Shown here piece by piece: positions 44,183-59,260 of a DNA stretch of 64,000 bases; the stretch's first letter is position 1, and every line of letters begins with the position of its first letter. The translations under genes and the position numbers were made by a program. The notes under the pieces were generated by a model that saw nothing but the letters and a program-made list of their open reading frames with translations, did no database searches and was not told the DNA's origin. Source of the stretch: the human T2T-CHM13v2.0 reference genome, Homo sapiens. The stretch lies in assembly GCF_009914755.1 (NCBI RefSeq), contig NC_060928.1. One strand, written 5' to 3'.

Positions 44183-44739
44183 CAACAATTTTGGAAAACA
44201 ATTTTAAAGATAGATACACACAAACACACACTCACACACACAACAGCAAACTGTAAGACAAGCAATTCATTCAGTTATTTCATGTACATTAACTCTTTCA
44301 TATTTACACGAGTAAATATGTATAATAATGCTCAGCTTGTCATTCTTAGTAATTGCAAATGTCCGTCAATAGGAAAATGAATAAATGCATTGTGAGGCCA
44401 TCAAAAAATATCAAATTATACAGCAAATAACTATGTCTAGAAAGATCAGCTTAGATGTATCTTAGAAACCATATTCAGTGAATAAAAAAGCCATATACGT
44501 GAAGAATTCTTAGAGTATGGTATCATATTTCAAATACATTTTAGATTAAATAATTCTTAAAATTTTGTGTAGAGGCATGTGCTATGTGGTCATTTTTTAA
44601 GGAAAAGCAAGGAATAAAAAAATAAGTTACAGAATAGTTGTTACTTCTATAGTTGGCATAAGGCAAGAGTCTGGGAGTTCAGAGCACAGAGGGACCCTCG
44701 GTGTTATGATACTCTGTATTGAGTTGGGTGTTGAGTTTG
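44183..44739 (+). mobile_element. L1ME 3' fragment (continues after MER11 to ~45790)
   Basis: AAATGTCCGTCAATAGGAAAATGAATAAATGCATTGTG; CAGAATAGTTGTTACTTCT. Confidence 0.55.
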
Positions 44740-45701
44740 TGTTGCAGGAAGTCAGGGACCCTGAACAGAGGGACCAGCTGAAGCCATGGCAGAAGAACCT
44801 AAATTGTGAAGATTTCATGGACTTTGATCACTTCCCCAATCAATACTCTTGTGATTTTCTATGCCTGTCTTTACCTTAATCTCTTAATCCTGTCATCTTT
44901 GTAAGCTGAGGATGTATGTCACCTCAGGACCCTGTGATGATTGCATTAACTGCACAGATTGTTTCTAGAGCATGTGTGTTTAAACAATATGAAATCTGAG
45001 CACCTTAAGAACAGGGTAACAGAGATTTTCAGGGAACAAGGGAGATAACCTTAAAGTCTGGCTGCCTTTGGGCCAGGCAGGACAGAGCCATATTTCTCTT
45101 ATCCAAAAACGGGTAAGATAAATATCACTGAATTCTTTCCCCAGTAAGGAACCTTAATAATTAACAGCCCTGGGAAAAGAATGCATTCCCAGGGAAGGCC
45201 TCTAAAATATCCACCCTAGGAATGTCTGCCTTATGCAGATGTAGATGGGGATGAAACATGCCCTGGTCTCCTGCAGTGCCCCCAGGCTTGCTAGGATTAG
45301 GAAATTCCAGCCTGGCGAATTCTAGTCAGACCGGTTCTCTGCTCTTGAACCCTGACAATGCGTGCACAGTGAGACATGGAAGTTCATTAGCAATTCTAGT
45401 TTTGCCCTGACCTTCTGCCTTGTGATCCTTGTGATCTTTTGTTGCCCTTGAAGCATGTGATCTCTGTGATCCACACCCTATTTGTACACACCCTCCCCTT
45501 TGAAAATTGCTAATAAAAACTTGCTGGTTTTATGGCTCAGGGGGCATCACAGAACCTGCCGACATGTGATGTCTCCCCCAGACACCCAGCTTTAAAATTT
45601 CTCTCTTTTGTACTCTTTCCCTTTAATTCTCAGACTGGCTGACACTTAGGGAAAATAGAAAAGGACCCATGTTGAATTATCAAGGGCAGGTTCTGCTGAT
45701 A
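44740..45701 (+). mobile_element. MER11 (HERV-K11/HML-8) solo LTR
   Basis: TGTTGCAGGAAGTCAGGGACCCTGAACAGAGGGACCAGCTGAAGCCATGGCAGAAGAAC start and AATAAA at ~45512. TSD (A)GTTTG on both sides. Confidence 0.94.
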
Positions 45702-46266
45702 GTTTGTGGCTTCTTATTTTATTATTTTTTACAGTGTTAATAATTATGAAATATTATATTGCATGGAGAATATTTTAATACTTATATGGGTAATAAATGA
45801 AAAGATAATCTATCCCCTTAAATATTTCTCATTTATTTACTTTTACCTTTTTATTCTAACAAATGAATTTTGGAAATGAGTATTTAAGTTAAACTTCAAA
45901 ATAACCAGCAAGAAAATAATTTTCCCATTGAGGTTTAAATAGAAATAATTGATGATAGACATACTTAGTCTTAGTGTTTAGAAATATATTGAATATTTCC
46001 ATTTGTTTACATTTGTATATAATTCTGCAATAACTTGTATTTTTGTATAATAATTTAGACATCAATAACAAAAGTTTTGTTTGTATCATCAAACACAAGT
46101 TATGAAATAAATGTGTTTTTTAATCTACTTGCTAATTGAAATTAGCATATATAAAAAGCTTTTGAAAATGAGGGTATCTAGTCAAATTTCTGAATTTTCT
46201 GGTTGAGTTATCGGTTTATTAATTTTTTATAAAAATTACAACAATAATATTTTAAATCACATTGAA

Positions 46267-46565
<299 letters not shown>

Positions 46566-46609
46566 TCACATTTAAAGACTTTACATGGGTTGTTCAATTT
46601 CATTATTAG

Positions 46610-46682
46610 AATAATTTTAAGATGTGGGTATAATTGTTATTCCATTTTTCAGATGAGGAAACTGAGGCTTAAAAGTCAGTTT
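46610..46682 (-). mobile_element. MIR, interrupted by the young L1 and continuing to ~47590
   Basis: TTCCATTTTTCAGATGAGGAAACTGAGGCTT. Confidence 0.75.
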
Positions 46683-46683
46683 A

Positions 46684-47512
<829 letters not shown>

Positions 47513-47685
47513 AAGAATACACAGAGATTAAATGTTGAAGTTAGAATTTTAATATAGGTGACCTAACTTAAGAGCCTAACTTTTAATCAAACTCACCTTT
47601 TATGTAATAATAGATAGCATTGCCCCTTTTTCTATTCTTTATTTGGAACTTCTTGGAAAAAAATATTATATACATAGAAGCATAA

Positions 47686-47980
47686 TTTTTTTTTCTTTTG
47701 AGACAGAGTTTCGCTCTTTTTCCCAGGCTGGAATGAAGTGGTGTGATCTTGGATCACTGCAACTTCTGCCCCCCAGGTTCAAGTGATTCTCCTGCCTCAG
47801 CCTCCTGAGTAGCTGGGATTATTGGTGACCTCCACCACACCTGGCTAATTTTTGTATTTTTTGTAGAGACAGGTTTTTGCCATGTTGGCCAGGCTGGTCT
47901 CGAACTCCTGACCTCAGGGGATCCACATGTCTCGGCCTCCTAAAGTGCTAGGATTATAGGCGTGAGCCACTACATCAGGC
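47686..47980 (-). mobile_element. AluSx-like SINE
   Basis: Full dimer; degenerate TSD AGAAGCATAATTTT / AGAAGTGTACTTTT. Confidence 0.95.
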
Positions 47981-49302
47981 AGAAGTGTACTTTTATATGT
48001 CCAGTTTTTATTAGGCCAATAAATGTGATGTTTATTAAATTATATATTATCTTCATCATGTATAAAAATATATCTGCTTCTATCTGTTAAATTATTTTAT
48101 AAGAAATGTTATGAATTGTGTCACGTATATTTGGATTTTTTTTCTTATTTAATGTAATGATGCATATTCTTTAATAAAATTTCTATAAAAATGTTCTAAC
48201 ATAGTGATTTTAATTTTCAATTTACTTCTCAATCTTATTTCACATTATACTGTAAAGATTTTCACCTATATCCATATGTGAACTTTGAGCTTTATATAAT
48301 TCCCTCTTCATACAATTTTCCTGATGATGTGTCATGATTAGATTGGGTTCTTCATTTAAATAAATGGGATTCAAGTCACATTTTTGTGTGCATTCTAAAT
48401 AATAATCTGTACAACTTATGATTATTTGGTAATATTTGAAACAACTCAAATCTATAATATGTTTACTGCAAAGTCTTAGAACAGATATAGAATTTTCTTT
48501 AAGAATCTTGTAGTTTTTTATTACTTTCTGTTAATATTTAGAAAAAGTAAAGAAAAATCTAGTACTTTTTCTTTTGCAATCACATGTCTTTTTATTTTTC
48601 CTTGGATATTGCAGAACGAAAATAACTGTATGTATATAGGTAATAAGTGTGTATATACATAAGTATATGTGTGTGTACTTATATATATGAATAAACTTTT
48701 TCCTGAAATTTTCCTAAAATATGGTAGTCATTTTTCAAAATTTACAACTATTTTCCCCAGGTGTGTAACTTTGATTATTGCCTCATTCATTTGGTGTATT
48801 TTTTGCTTTGCAAACATCTATTATATTTATGCTGAATTTCTAAGATCTGGCCCTCATATCCTTTTCATTTTCTCTTCAATTGCATTTCTCCACTTTCCTC
48901 TTTTGTGTTTTGAGGGTATTTCAAGTGTGTCTGTGAATTTCTAATTGGGTTTTCTAAACTGTCAGTTCCACTCTTACTACTCCTAATGTGGTTATTCTTT
49001 GACAATCATGATTCTCTTCTAATGCAATCTTTCCTACATTCTATTGACTCCACCAAACAACTTCTTCTTAATTAATGGAGAGAATAAATGCCTTCTTATA
49101 TTACATGAAAATAAAATAGGCATTTTTCGAATATATTCTTCTGGTTTTGCACTACATATATTTTAGGTAAAAGTGAGATTTTTGGAGTGATGCACCTTAA
49201 AGTTGCTTTTTTCATAGACTTGAAGCTGAGCTTGTTTTTCTTTATTATGTATGGTAGTGGTGGTTTATTATTGGTTGTTTGCTCCTTAAGAATTCATTTT
49301 TA

Positions 49303-49600
49303 GGCCAGGCACCTTGGCTCATGCCTGTAATCCCAGCACTTTGGGAGGCAAAGGTGGGTGGAACACTTGAGGCCAGGAGTTCCAGGTCAGCCTGGCCAAC
49401 ATGGCAAAATCCTGTCTCTACTAAAAATACAAAATTTAGCCCAGGGCGTGGTGATGTGTATCTGTAACCCCAGCTACTTGGGAGTCTGAGGCCTGAGAAG
49501 CCCTTGAACGCTGGAGGCAGAGGTTGCAGTGAATGGAGCCAAGATTGTACCACTGCATTCCAGCCTGAGCGGCCCAGTGAGACTCTGTCTCAAAAAAAGA
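49303..49600 (+). mobile_element. AluJb/AluSz-like SINE
   Basis: Diverged dimer with CACTTGAGGCCAGGAGTTC and ACATGGCAAAA. Confidence 0.93.
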
Positions 49601-49779
49601 AATAATAATGTATTTTTATTATAGAAAAAAGGTCCATTTTGATAACATGGAAAAAAACTTTTGGCTCTATGAAAAGCCACAACTGTGTTAAAATGAAAAT
49701 AAGGAATAAGTCCACAGAGGAACGTGAATTCAAATGACATAATGGCCAAAATTAACATAAAACACTGAGAGAATATTGA

Positions 49780-50540
49780 TATAACAACTCTGAAGATATC
49801 ATGTACAAATCTATTAAAAACTACAAAATAACATCAAAAAAGTAAACCCCCAAAAATGAACATAAAGCAATAAAATCTCAGAAGTAAACACTTGAATTTT
49901 TAACAAATGCTTAACTAAATACTCAAATAGCCAAGAAGTAAGTAAAGCCCAAATTTAAAATAAGATATTTCACCAATATATACCTATCACTTTGGCAGAG
50001 GGTAAAGTGTCATATAATCAGGAGTTGATTAGGACATAAAAAGACTGTGAATTTGAACATATATTTTTATGAATACATGAAGACAAATTGGCGTTAGTTA
50101 TTGAAATTAAGTATGTGCATATATTAAAGACTAGGATATCTCACTTTCATAATAGTTGATGCGCATTCCATAATGGAATACATATAAACAAGTTCATTAT
50201 AGTTCCATTTAAGGTAGTGAGTTAGAGAAGCCTTAGTTGTCTATCACCAGAAGAAAAAACATGTTAAATATCAGAGATGTGGTCTGAGGAAATAATCTAG
50301 AAACATCGAGAAACAGAAATGCTAGCAATTTTTCCAGCATCACATGAATATTAGTGGGTAGCACCATTACAAACTCTTGTTATATCCTTTCAAAGACTGT
50401 GCTTTTAATTAGAGCTCTCTAACAACATAGCGTGTGAAAAATGTAAGATAATGAATATGATAGCAAATTGCCATTTATATAAATTAAAAACAAATTACTC
50501 TCAAAGCACCACTACATATTTCTCAAGGATACGTAAAAAC
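49780..50540 (+). mobile_element. Old L1ME 3' fragments
   Basis: TACCTATCACTTTGGCAGAG; TTGAAATTAAGTATGTGCATAT; CCATTTATATAAATTAAAAACA. Confidence 0.5.
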
Positions 50541-50879
50541 TTAAGAATATTAAATTTATAAGGAGTGGTGAAGATTAATGGGAGTGAGATAGGAGACAAA
50601 CAATAAATAAAATTAAATAGAGAGCAAATAAGTGCTCAGGATGCTATCATTGTTATTATTAATAGTATTTAATATAATATTTTTTCGAAGTCTAAAATAC
50701 GTGTTCCTTAATAACTATAAGTCAAGCACAGTACTATGGTAGAGAGCCAGGTAGATGGATAATTAAAATGATGATAAATGATATAACACAGTGATGTATA
50801 TGTGTGTATATATACATGAGTAATATACACACAGTTTTATATATACATATGTACACATACACACTCAGTTTACTCAGGA

Positions 50880-50961
50880 CATAAATGCTATTAATAACTC
50901 ATTTTATTGATGAGGAAATTAAGACCACGAAAGCTTATGTAACTTGTCCTAGTTCACACAA
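50880..50961 (-). mobile_element. MIR fragment
   Basis: CATTTTATTGATGAGGAAATTAAG...TAACTTGTCCTAGTTCACACA. Confidence 0.65.
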
Positions 50962-52007
50962 TGTGGCATGCTAAATAATGGCCTCCAAAGATGTCCACAT
51001 TCTAATACCTGAATCTATGAACATTACCTTGTAGGGCAAAAGAGCAAAAGATGTTGTATTAGTCCATTCTCACACTGCTAATAAAGACATACCTAAGACT
51101 GGGTAATTTATAAAGGAAAGAGGTTTAATTAACTCACAGTTCAGCATGCCTCGGGAGGCCTCAGGAAACACAATCATGGCAGATAGGGAAGCAAAGACAT
51201 CTTTCTTCACATGGTGGCAGGAAGGAGAAGAATGAGTGCCCAGCAAAGGGGGAAGCCCCATATAAAAACCATCAGATCTCGTAAGAACCACTATCAGGAG
51301 AAGTGGATGGGAGAAGCAGGCCCCATGATTGAATTATCTCTACCTGTTTCCTTCCACGACACGTGGGGATTATGGGAACTACAATTCAAGATGAGATTTG
51401 GGTGGGAACACAGCCAAACCATATCAGATACGATTAAGGATTTTGACATAGGCTGATTATCTTGGATAATCTGAATGTGTCCAATGTAATCACAAGGATT
51501 CTCATAAGAGAAAGACAGGAAAGTCAGAATCAGAGAAAGAGGTTCTGTGAAGGAGGAAAATGTGATGACAGAATGACAGAAGAACAGAAGTCAGAGAGAG
51601 AGAGAAAATTCAGTATTATACTGCTTGTTTTGAAGGAAGAGACTAGCCAGCTAAGGAATGCAGACATCCTCTAAAACCTGGAAGAGGCAACAAAGTCATT
51701 CCTAGAGCTTCCAAAAAGAGCTTCTAGGCATTTTAAATTAGTAATAATGTACACATATACATACACACACTGTATTCTATCATTTATCATCATTATATTT
51801 ATCTATCCATCTGGCTGTCTATTATAATAGTGTGCTTGACTTTTGGAGGCTTTAGTGATAACTCTGCTATCACTTTGATTTTAGTTCTGTAAGTCCCCCT
51901 GCCCCGCTTTTATTTCACTCTTGACCTCCAGAAATTTAAGAAAATAAATTTCTGTAACCTTAAACCATATATTGGGGTAGTTTGTTACAGTCTCACAAAT
52001 TAATACA
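50962..52007 (+). mobile_element. MLT1D-like MaLR LTR, interrupted by THE1
   Basis: TGTGGCATGCTAAATAATGGCCTCCAAAGATGTCCACATTCTAAT start; CCAATGTAATCACAAGG; GTAGTTTGTTACAG...TAATACA end. Confidence 0.85.
51055..51426 (-). mobile_element. THE1D-like MaLR solo LTR
   Basis: TGTATTAGTCCATTCTCACACTGCTAATAAAGACATACC ... CACAGCCAAACCATATCA. Confidence 0.94.
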
Positions 52008-54759
52008 GCCATGAAATTAATACAACCAGCAAGTGTAAGAGCCACATTTCACTCTTCTCTCAGATTCTCCAACTGTACTTCTGCCTTAACTTAATGGTTT
52101 GGAATAGCCTTAGGTGACACATCATAGAATTATTGTGGATATGTTGTTCAAATGAAGTCCTTCAAAATCTCCTTGAATCAACCAAGTTTGACCTTTGTAA
52201 CAACAAGTGAAAATGCCTAGCCCACAAAACCGCATCACACCATCACACTATGGCATGCAAATGAAAATATCACTCTGTGATATACACCCAGGCAGCGTGC
52301 ACTTGCTTTCCAGATTGCAACTTTTCTACCGATATTTGAATATGTGAGAACGCATGATGATGAACCCATGTCACCCCCACCCCTCTTTAAAAGGTCTGAA
52401 ATAATACTAAAATTATCTTAGTGACATATCAGAATCATATGCTTACTGAAAAAATGCAAAAGAAACAAGTAATGGCATACTTAGGAAGATTATCTCTGGC
52501 TGCTTAGCACAATGTCTGGCACATATTAGAGATTAAAACATTACTAGATGGATAAAGAATGTGACTTTTTCAGATTATCTTACAGTGAAATTAAGTTATA
52601 AAAATTTATGTGATCAATCTGCTTCATTTCTATTGTCATATAAATTCTTAGTTCAGTTCGCATATAAAATAACATGGTACTATAATTGCATGTACTATTA
52701 TGAATCTGTATGATTTTTTTTCTTATATATCACCTACAGCTCATAAAAGATTAATGTGGTTTCACTGGAGTTGTCGCTAAAGCATTTACAATGTGTATTA
52801 AATTAAATGTTATATAAACCAATTTTCATTAAATAACCCTGGAGCTGCTTCTTAAAAAATTATTGTCATTTGTGCTAGGAATTAAGTGCCTCTACCACAT
52901 TTTATATTCACCATAAAGACTAAATTCAGGGTTAGAGAAATGTAATGTACAGTTATAGGAAATTTTTGAGTATACAAATTGACAGACTTTCTTTAAATGC
53001 AATTAATTAGTAAGAAATGAAATTTGAACTGAAAGGAAGTGGGTGCAGTCTTGTCTCTCTGTTTTAATGCAGTAAGTATCCTGGTAATGAGGGAATATCT
53101 AGAGAATGTTTCTGTTCTATGAACTATGCAATTGTTTCCCTATATCATGAATAAGCACTGTATTTTATGATTGCACATAAGTGATCAAGGTCATAAAAAT
53201 GTGTAGAGAGATTGAGAGGGCATTTGAAGGTCTGAAGTAGCTGGGAGCCTGCAGAGCAATTCCTTGGGTAAATGCAATCAGGAACTCCTTGGGGCCTGAA
53301 TGAATGAATTTCTCTATCCTATTTCTCTCTTCCTGTTAGGATGTGAGGGATCCCAATGACAAACATTTTCAAATTTAGTTTTTCAGATTAAGATTTCCTA
53401 GAATTTACAGATAGTATAAATGCATACCCTAAATCTTTGGTTTTAAATTTTCACGATAGCCTTTTCATTTGTTTGTTTGTGTTTTACTGTCTAGAATTTA
53501 GAAACCATGCCATTGCTTGTCATCTCTTTGCCAGTGAGCTGATTTTTGGGAGAGACACCCTAAATATGTACTACATTTGCTAAAGATGCAGCGCTTTAAG
53601 ATGACTATGTCTTAAGTGGGGGATTTCACCTCTAGCTTCATCCATCACATTCTTTCATGTGCCAAATGCCTATTCTCTCCTGGGTGGCTCCTGTGTAACC
53701 TCAGGATATTTTTAACCTAGTACATTCAACCACGATCAGGGCAACGCAAATCCTAATTTAAGCTCGTCACTGTGATTTTAAATTACCTCTAATTTTTGTC
53801 ATCTGCAGATTTTCATGTTCTTTCTAGTTCAACAATACACTGAAAGTGTACTTGTACTTATTCAGTATTTTCTTTTTTCTGAGTTATCTGGTAAACCATA
53901 ATGCTAATACCAAAATTCTTTGGTTTATCTGTTGGTGTAAACACATTTTTAGCTAGAATTTGTGGTTAATCACTTTTGTTTAGGACCATCATAATTTTAG
54001 TTTTGATAAAAGTAGTAGTTATTTTTGTTAAAAATACTGGAACTATTTACTCATTATGTAGTGAGTTAGTTTGTTGTTGTTGCTATTGTTCAATAAAATT
54101 ATTTATTCAAAGACCTTTATAAAAATCTACACCAATCTGTTATACATACATATATTTTTTACTGTTAGCAGTTGATCAGATTTTTCTTTTCAGCTCTATG
54201 TAGCTAATTTCTTCCATTTTATTCCCCCAAAACAAATAATCCCCTGTGGTAGATTTCTGCTTTTTCCTGAGAGAAGATATCTTCTGTTATTTTCTAGAAA
54301 GACAAACTACTTTTTCTCTGAGGAACTTCTCATGTTTTATCTGACAGAGATTTCAACCAGGAGATCATGATTTCCCTACCAACAGAGGTGCTCAGGTGAC
54401 CAGGGCTGATTACCTCATATCCTCAGCTGATTATTTTTCCAATGCCAATGTTTAGTTGAAGATGAAACTCTTTTATTCTTGTCAAAAGTAATATTGGTGT
54501 TACCAGGCCATCTTCATCACACTCCATAATGCCTGCCCAAAATTAAGGCAGTAAAGTTTAGTCAAAGCTGAAAAGATAGATTTCTAATATTATGTGGCTG
54601 TGTGCATTAATCCCAGCCCAAAAGGAGATGTTTTACTGAATGTTTCTCTTACATGAGCCAAAAAAAAAAAAAAATCCTACGTTTCCTCTTAAGTTAATTG
54701 AGTATCTTTTTTCACTTTTACCTAGAGTGTTTGGATAGAGACCATGAATGAAATTTTCC

Positions 54760-55205
54760 AGATTCACTTTTTTTCCATGGCCCATATCCACAATTTCAAC
54801 CAAGACATAGATATATATGACTATTTAATTTATATCTGCATCCTAAATCTCTACTCTGAGCACCATCCATGAATAGCCAAGAGCAAATTTATAATCTTAA
54901 CATGAAAAGTTTAATATACCTCAAATTCAAAGATGTCTATGACAAGAATCATTACCTTTCATTGTTCCACTTTCCTACTCTCCTAACAACTTTGCTCCTA
55001 TTTTTTTTACCAGTCTATAGTTGACTGAATTGTATTCAAATCCATCCATGTGTCTAAACCTAGAAATTGTATCTGTCCTCTCCTTCACCGTAAAACCACA
55101 CATCAAATGGCAGACCAATTTCTCCTAATTTTACCTGTGTAATTGTTCTTGAATCTATGTTTTACTCCCTTTACAGGGACACCACATCAGGTTACTACAA
55201 TTTTC
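54760..55205 (+). mobile_element. L2 fragment
   Basis: TTTATATCTGCATCCTAAATCTCTACTCTGAGC; TACCTCAAATTCAAAGATGTC; CCACACATCAAAT. Confidence 0.55.
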
Positions 55206-55209
55206 TAAT

Positions 55210-58100
55210 AAGTTAAAAACGTGACTCCTATGTAAATACAAAGTGAGCACATGTCAAATATTTTATTTGACTCCTGATTTATTGCAGGGACTAATAAGAA
55301 GATAAAGCTGGTTCAACTAACATTTTTGATAAATAAGGTATTTAGAATATCCCAGAAAGGGCATTTTGAAGCAGGTTTACTAAGTTAAATATAAAGCTTA
55401 TTTCTATCCTGCAAGATTATAAAACTGTAAATTTTAAGATTATATTCCCTACCAAACAGAAACATACAAGTTAGCATGTAATTGTGTGGATTCTGAGCTC
55501 TTTATAGTACATATAAAGTGAACTCCAAGTACATTTTCTTGTATAATTAAATAATCCTTATGTCAGTCTACCATTTCAATGATCAATTTTTAATATTTTT
55601 CTAAAAATCTGCCCATTTTGCTCATATAAATTTGTCAAGGATTATTCTATAGCACAAGAAGCTGATCCTGTTTGCCCTGATTATTTTCACAGTGAAACAA
55701 GAGGTGTTTATTGTCATATAAGTCTATTATGGGAGACTATGAGTACAGATAATTAACTTCTAACTGGAAATTTCATTCAGTAATATAGAGTTGGATTTTC
55801 ATGATGCCTCTATTATTTGCTTTTTCATCCTAAACGTAGGAAACCAAGCCCAAGAAACTCTATTGTTGAAATTTCACACACACACAAGATTTTCATGAGT
55901 TATTTTCTCTTTGAGATCCTTAAGAGATTTTGAAAATTCTGCCCTGCCCAAAAGGGAACTTTCCTACCTTCTATGAAGCTGGGACCCTTTATCCATAAAA
56001 CAAGTATCAAGCTAGTTTTATTTCTGAAAGGATTTTGTAAGTACTGGGTTTACTTTTAAAATACAATCTTTGTTCCTTAATGAAAGGCTTTTCATTCCTT
56101 AGTAAATACAATTTATTTTCGAAAGTAACACTCCAGGTAAGGCCATTATTGATGGCAGCAGAGGACCATTTAGAGTCGCTGCCACCAAGACGCCGGCTGC
56201 AGCAGGGAGGCAGGCCCAGCCCTCTCGCTCCATGGATCAGGCAGGAACCTTGCCCTCTCTGGGTGCACTGCCACCCTCTGAAGTACTGGACCCAGTGTCA
56301 CAGCAGTCTGCGTCATCGGGATTTGGGAAAGCCGCCCTCACCAAGTCTCTGCATGTTTAGGGGCATCTGCTCCCACTGCCTGGCCTCTCCCCACTCCTGG
56401 CACTTTCTCCAATATCAGAGCAGGGTTATGGCTGACCCTGCGTGCTGTCCCAGCCTGATGAGGTGTGTGCATGGGCAGTGCAGTGCTGACACACCAGCCT
56501 CCTGCCACCTTGGCCCCCTTTGAGCTTTGGGCACTGACAAGCATGGGAGGGGAAGCCAGGGGGGCACTGAGGGCAGATTGGCACTGGCCTGCAGGTGCAT
56601 TTTGTTACTAGTAGCCTGGGATGCATGGATAGCCCCAGAAAGCAGAAAGACTTCTAGGCATAAGGGGATGGGTCTTCCGAAGCCCCACCTTCAGCTAGGG
56701 AAGGCCTGAAGCCTGGGGGTTGGGCTGCCAGTCCTGTGGACTGGAGGGGGATCTCATGGTGCTTTTTACTGGGTCCACCTATGGCTGCCATGGACCAATC
56801 AACATGCACTTCCCCACTCTGAGGCCAATAAAAGCCTCGGGCTCAGCCAGAGCAGGCAAGATGATGAGATGACCAACTGCAGGGAGGAGCTACCCTCTCT
56901 GTTGATAACTGGAGAATGTTAGGATGACCAGCAGCTGACAGGAGCTTCCCACTCCATGTATGATGTGCCTGCAGAGAGCAGCAACCCACTCCAGTGCCTC
57001 CTCTCTGCCAAGAGCTGCTGAGCCAAAAAGGCACCTGCCAGCAAAGAGGAGCCATCCACCCCAGGGCCTCCTACTGTCTGCTGATGGCTGAACACTTGTT
57101 GGGACACCCTGCCTACAGAAAGGAGCTACCAATAGCAGACCTCTGAGTGGTTCTACTGCTCATTAAAGCTCCTCTTCATCTTGCTCACCCTCCACTTGTC
57201 TGTGTGCCTCATTCTTTCTTGTTGCAGGGCAAGAACTTAGGGCCCACCAAATGGCAAGGCTAGAAGGACTACAATAGAAACAGGGCTGAAACATGCCCCT
57301 TGCTCACCACGGTGTGGACAAAGAGAGGAAGAGAAGAGCTGCAGCTCTTTGGGGAGCCCAGATCTGGGAACTCCCTGAGCCAGGGCTGTTACTCCCTCTT
57401 TGAGGCCCTGGGAGTCCCCAGCATCTCCGAGCTTCCAGACACCACTGCATTCCACGGTGCCAGCAAGGGAAATTGCTTGCAGTGTGCTTGGTGCAACTGC
57501 AGCCTCCCAGAGAGTCAGTGCCTATGCTGGCACCTGGAGCTGCCTGCCCCACTCAGCAGCCAGCATGCCTGATTGTGCAGTGGCCAGATGCCATACTCAC
57601 TCACTCACCCACCTCTTGCTGCTCTGTACCTGGCTCACCCTTGGTAGGAATGGGATTCAGGCCAGGAGCATGAGCTGAGTGTAGCCTGCCAGGCTAAGTG
57701 GGCAGAAAAGCCAAGTAGGCCCAAGAAAAAGCTGGGCAAAAGCACCACTGGCCACGTAAGTTTTCAGACAGAAGAGCAACACACCAAAGATCCTGTAACA
57801 TTTGTTGCATAATTTATATGTCCTGGTAAGAAAAAGAACAGATTCCCACTTAACATACACAAATAACTAAATTGCTGTGAGAAGTTAGAATATTCAGTAA
57901 AAGTATTTGTTTCAAAAATCTGAGAAGTCACTGAGAATTATATGACATTTTAAAGTTTAATTTCAGTTAATAAAAACACAACTGACCAAAAATGATTATT
58001 ACAGATTGATCAAGGAAAAATAAAAAGGAATCCTTCATGTATTGATTAGAAAATAAATAAATATAAAAATTCAAAAGTTTCCGCTATTAAATTATTATTA
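55210..58100 (-). mobile_element. ERV1 (MER4-group) internal fragment, split by MER52
   Basis: CAAATAACTAAATTGCTGTGAGAAGTTAGAATATTCAG and neighbouring blocks resemble MER4-int-type non-coding internal sequence (from recall only). Confidence 0.4.
56150..57800 (+). mobile_element. MER52 ERV1 solo LTR
   Basis: TGATGGCAGCAG...GACGCCGGCTGCAGCAGGGAGG start; CATTAAAGCTCCTCTTCATCTTGCTCACCCTCCACTTGTCTG; AAAGATCCTGTAACA end. Confidence 0.9.
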
Positions 58101-58499
58101 TTTGTTCCTTCATCTCTGTGTAATAAATTATTTTTTTTTACTGGATCATGGGTCAGCAGTCTACTTTCACAATGTTAGGTGCTTCTGGACCACAAAGATT
58201 CCTAATAATCCTGACTCAGCTCCCTGCTACAAGAAGTGGTCTAAGACTTGTCAACTTGGAAAATTGTATCCAAGGTTGTATTTTTTGATGTATCAATAGT
58301 TGACAGCACTTAGTACAGTACTTTTTAGTAGGCTCTGAGATTGTACATTTTATTCTTTGAAACTTATAGCAGAAGTTTCAGGCAGGTGTAAGAGAAAAGC
58401 TGAAAACATTTGTTCAAATATCAATAAACTGAGTCCCTTTCCAGTAATCAGAGTATTTTCTTAATTGATTTGAGATCACAAACAATAAAATGGACAAAC

Positions 58500-59103
58500 T
58501 GAATTAGTTTTCTACTGCTAAGGAAAACTTTGCCATAAACTTAGTGGCTTAAAACATCTATTCATTATCTCACAGTAGGTAAAAGTCTGAGCTGGCTCAA
58601 CTGAGTTCTCTGCTTGGTCTCTCAAGGCCAAATTCAAGCTGAAGCTGTTGGCTGGGAAGGAATCATATTTGGAGGCTTTAAGAATTAATCTGCCTCCAAG
58701 CTCTTCAGGTTGTTGACAGAATCAATTTTCCTTTTGCTGCAGGGCAGAGATCTCTATTTTGTTATTGCTTTTTGGCCAAGGACTGCTCTCAGCTTTTAAA
58801 TGTTATTCATTCTCAAGTTCTTTATACCTAGCCCCATGCACCTTCAAAGCTTGCACCAAATCTTTCTCTTGTGGCAAATCCTTTTGATGTTGGACTCTCT
58901 CTAATGTATCCTTCTGCCAGCTGCCAAAGAGCTCACATGATTAGGTTAGACCTACCCAGATTATCTCTCTAATTTAAAGGCAATTGATTAGAGATCTAAG
59001 ATATGTCTACAAAACTCTGTCTGACTAGGTAATGTAATATAATCACAAGGTAGCACCAGGGGGAGGAAAGCCCAGATACCATCTTAAAACCATGCATACC
59101 ACA
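58500..59103 (-). mobile_element. MLT1 (D/E-like) MaLR LTR
   Basis: TGAATTAGTTTTCTACTGCT...AAACTTAGTGGCTTAAAACA...TACCACA. TSD CAAAC / GAAAC (4/5). Confidence 0.85.
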
Positions 59104-59260
59104 GAAACAAAAAAAAGCCCACAAACCATATTTTTTGGTCTTTATCACATAACAGAATACATCCTCAATAGTCACCTGACAGAAATCACCAAATGATTAA
59201 ACTGTAAAACCTGATTCCTCATCATTGCTGTAACCAATGACAAATCATTAACTGGCCATG

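Noticed and set aside
57801-57820. TTTGTTGCAT after MER52 as a primer-binding site
   Set aside because: It lacks the TGG start and any recognisable tRNA complement; the sequence fits resumption of the interrupted flank.
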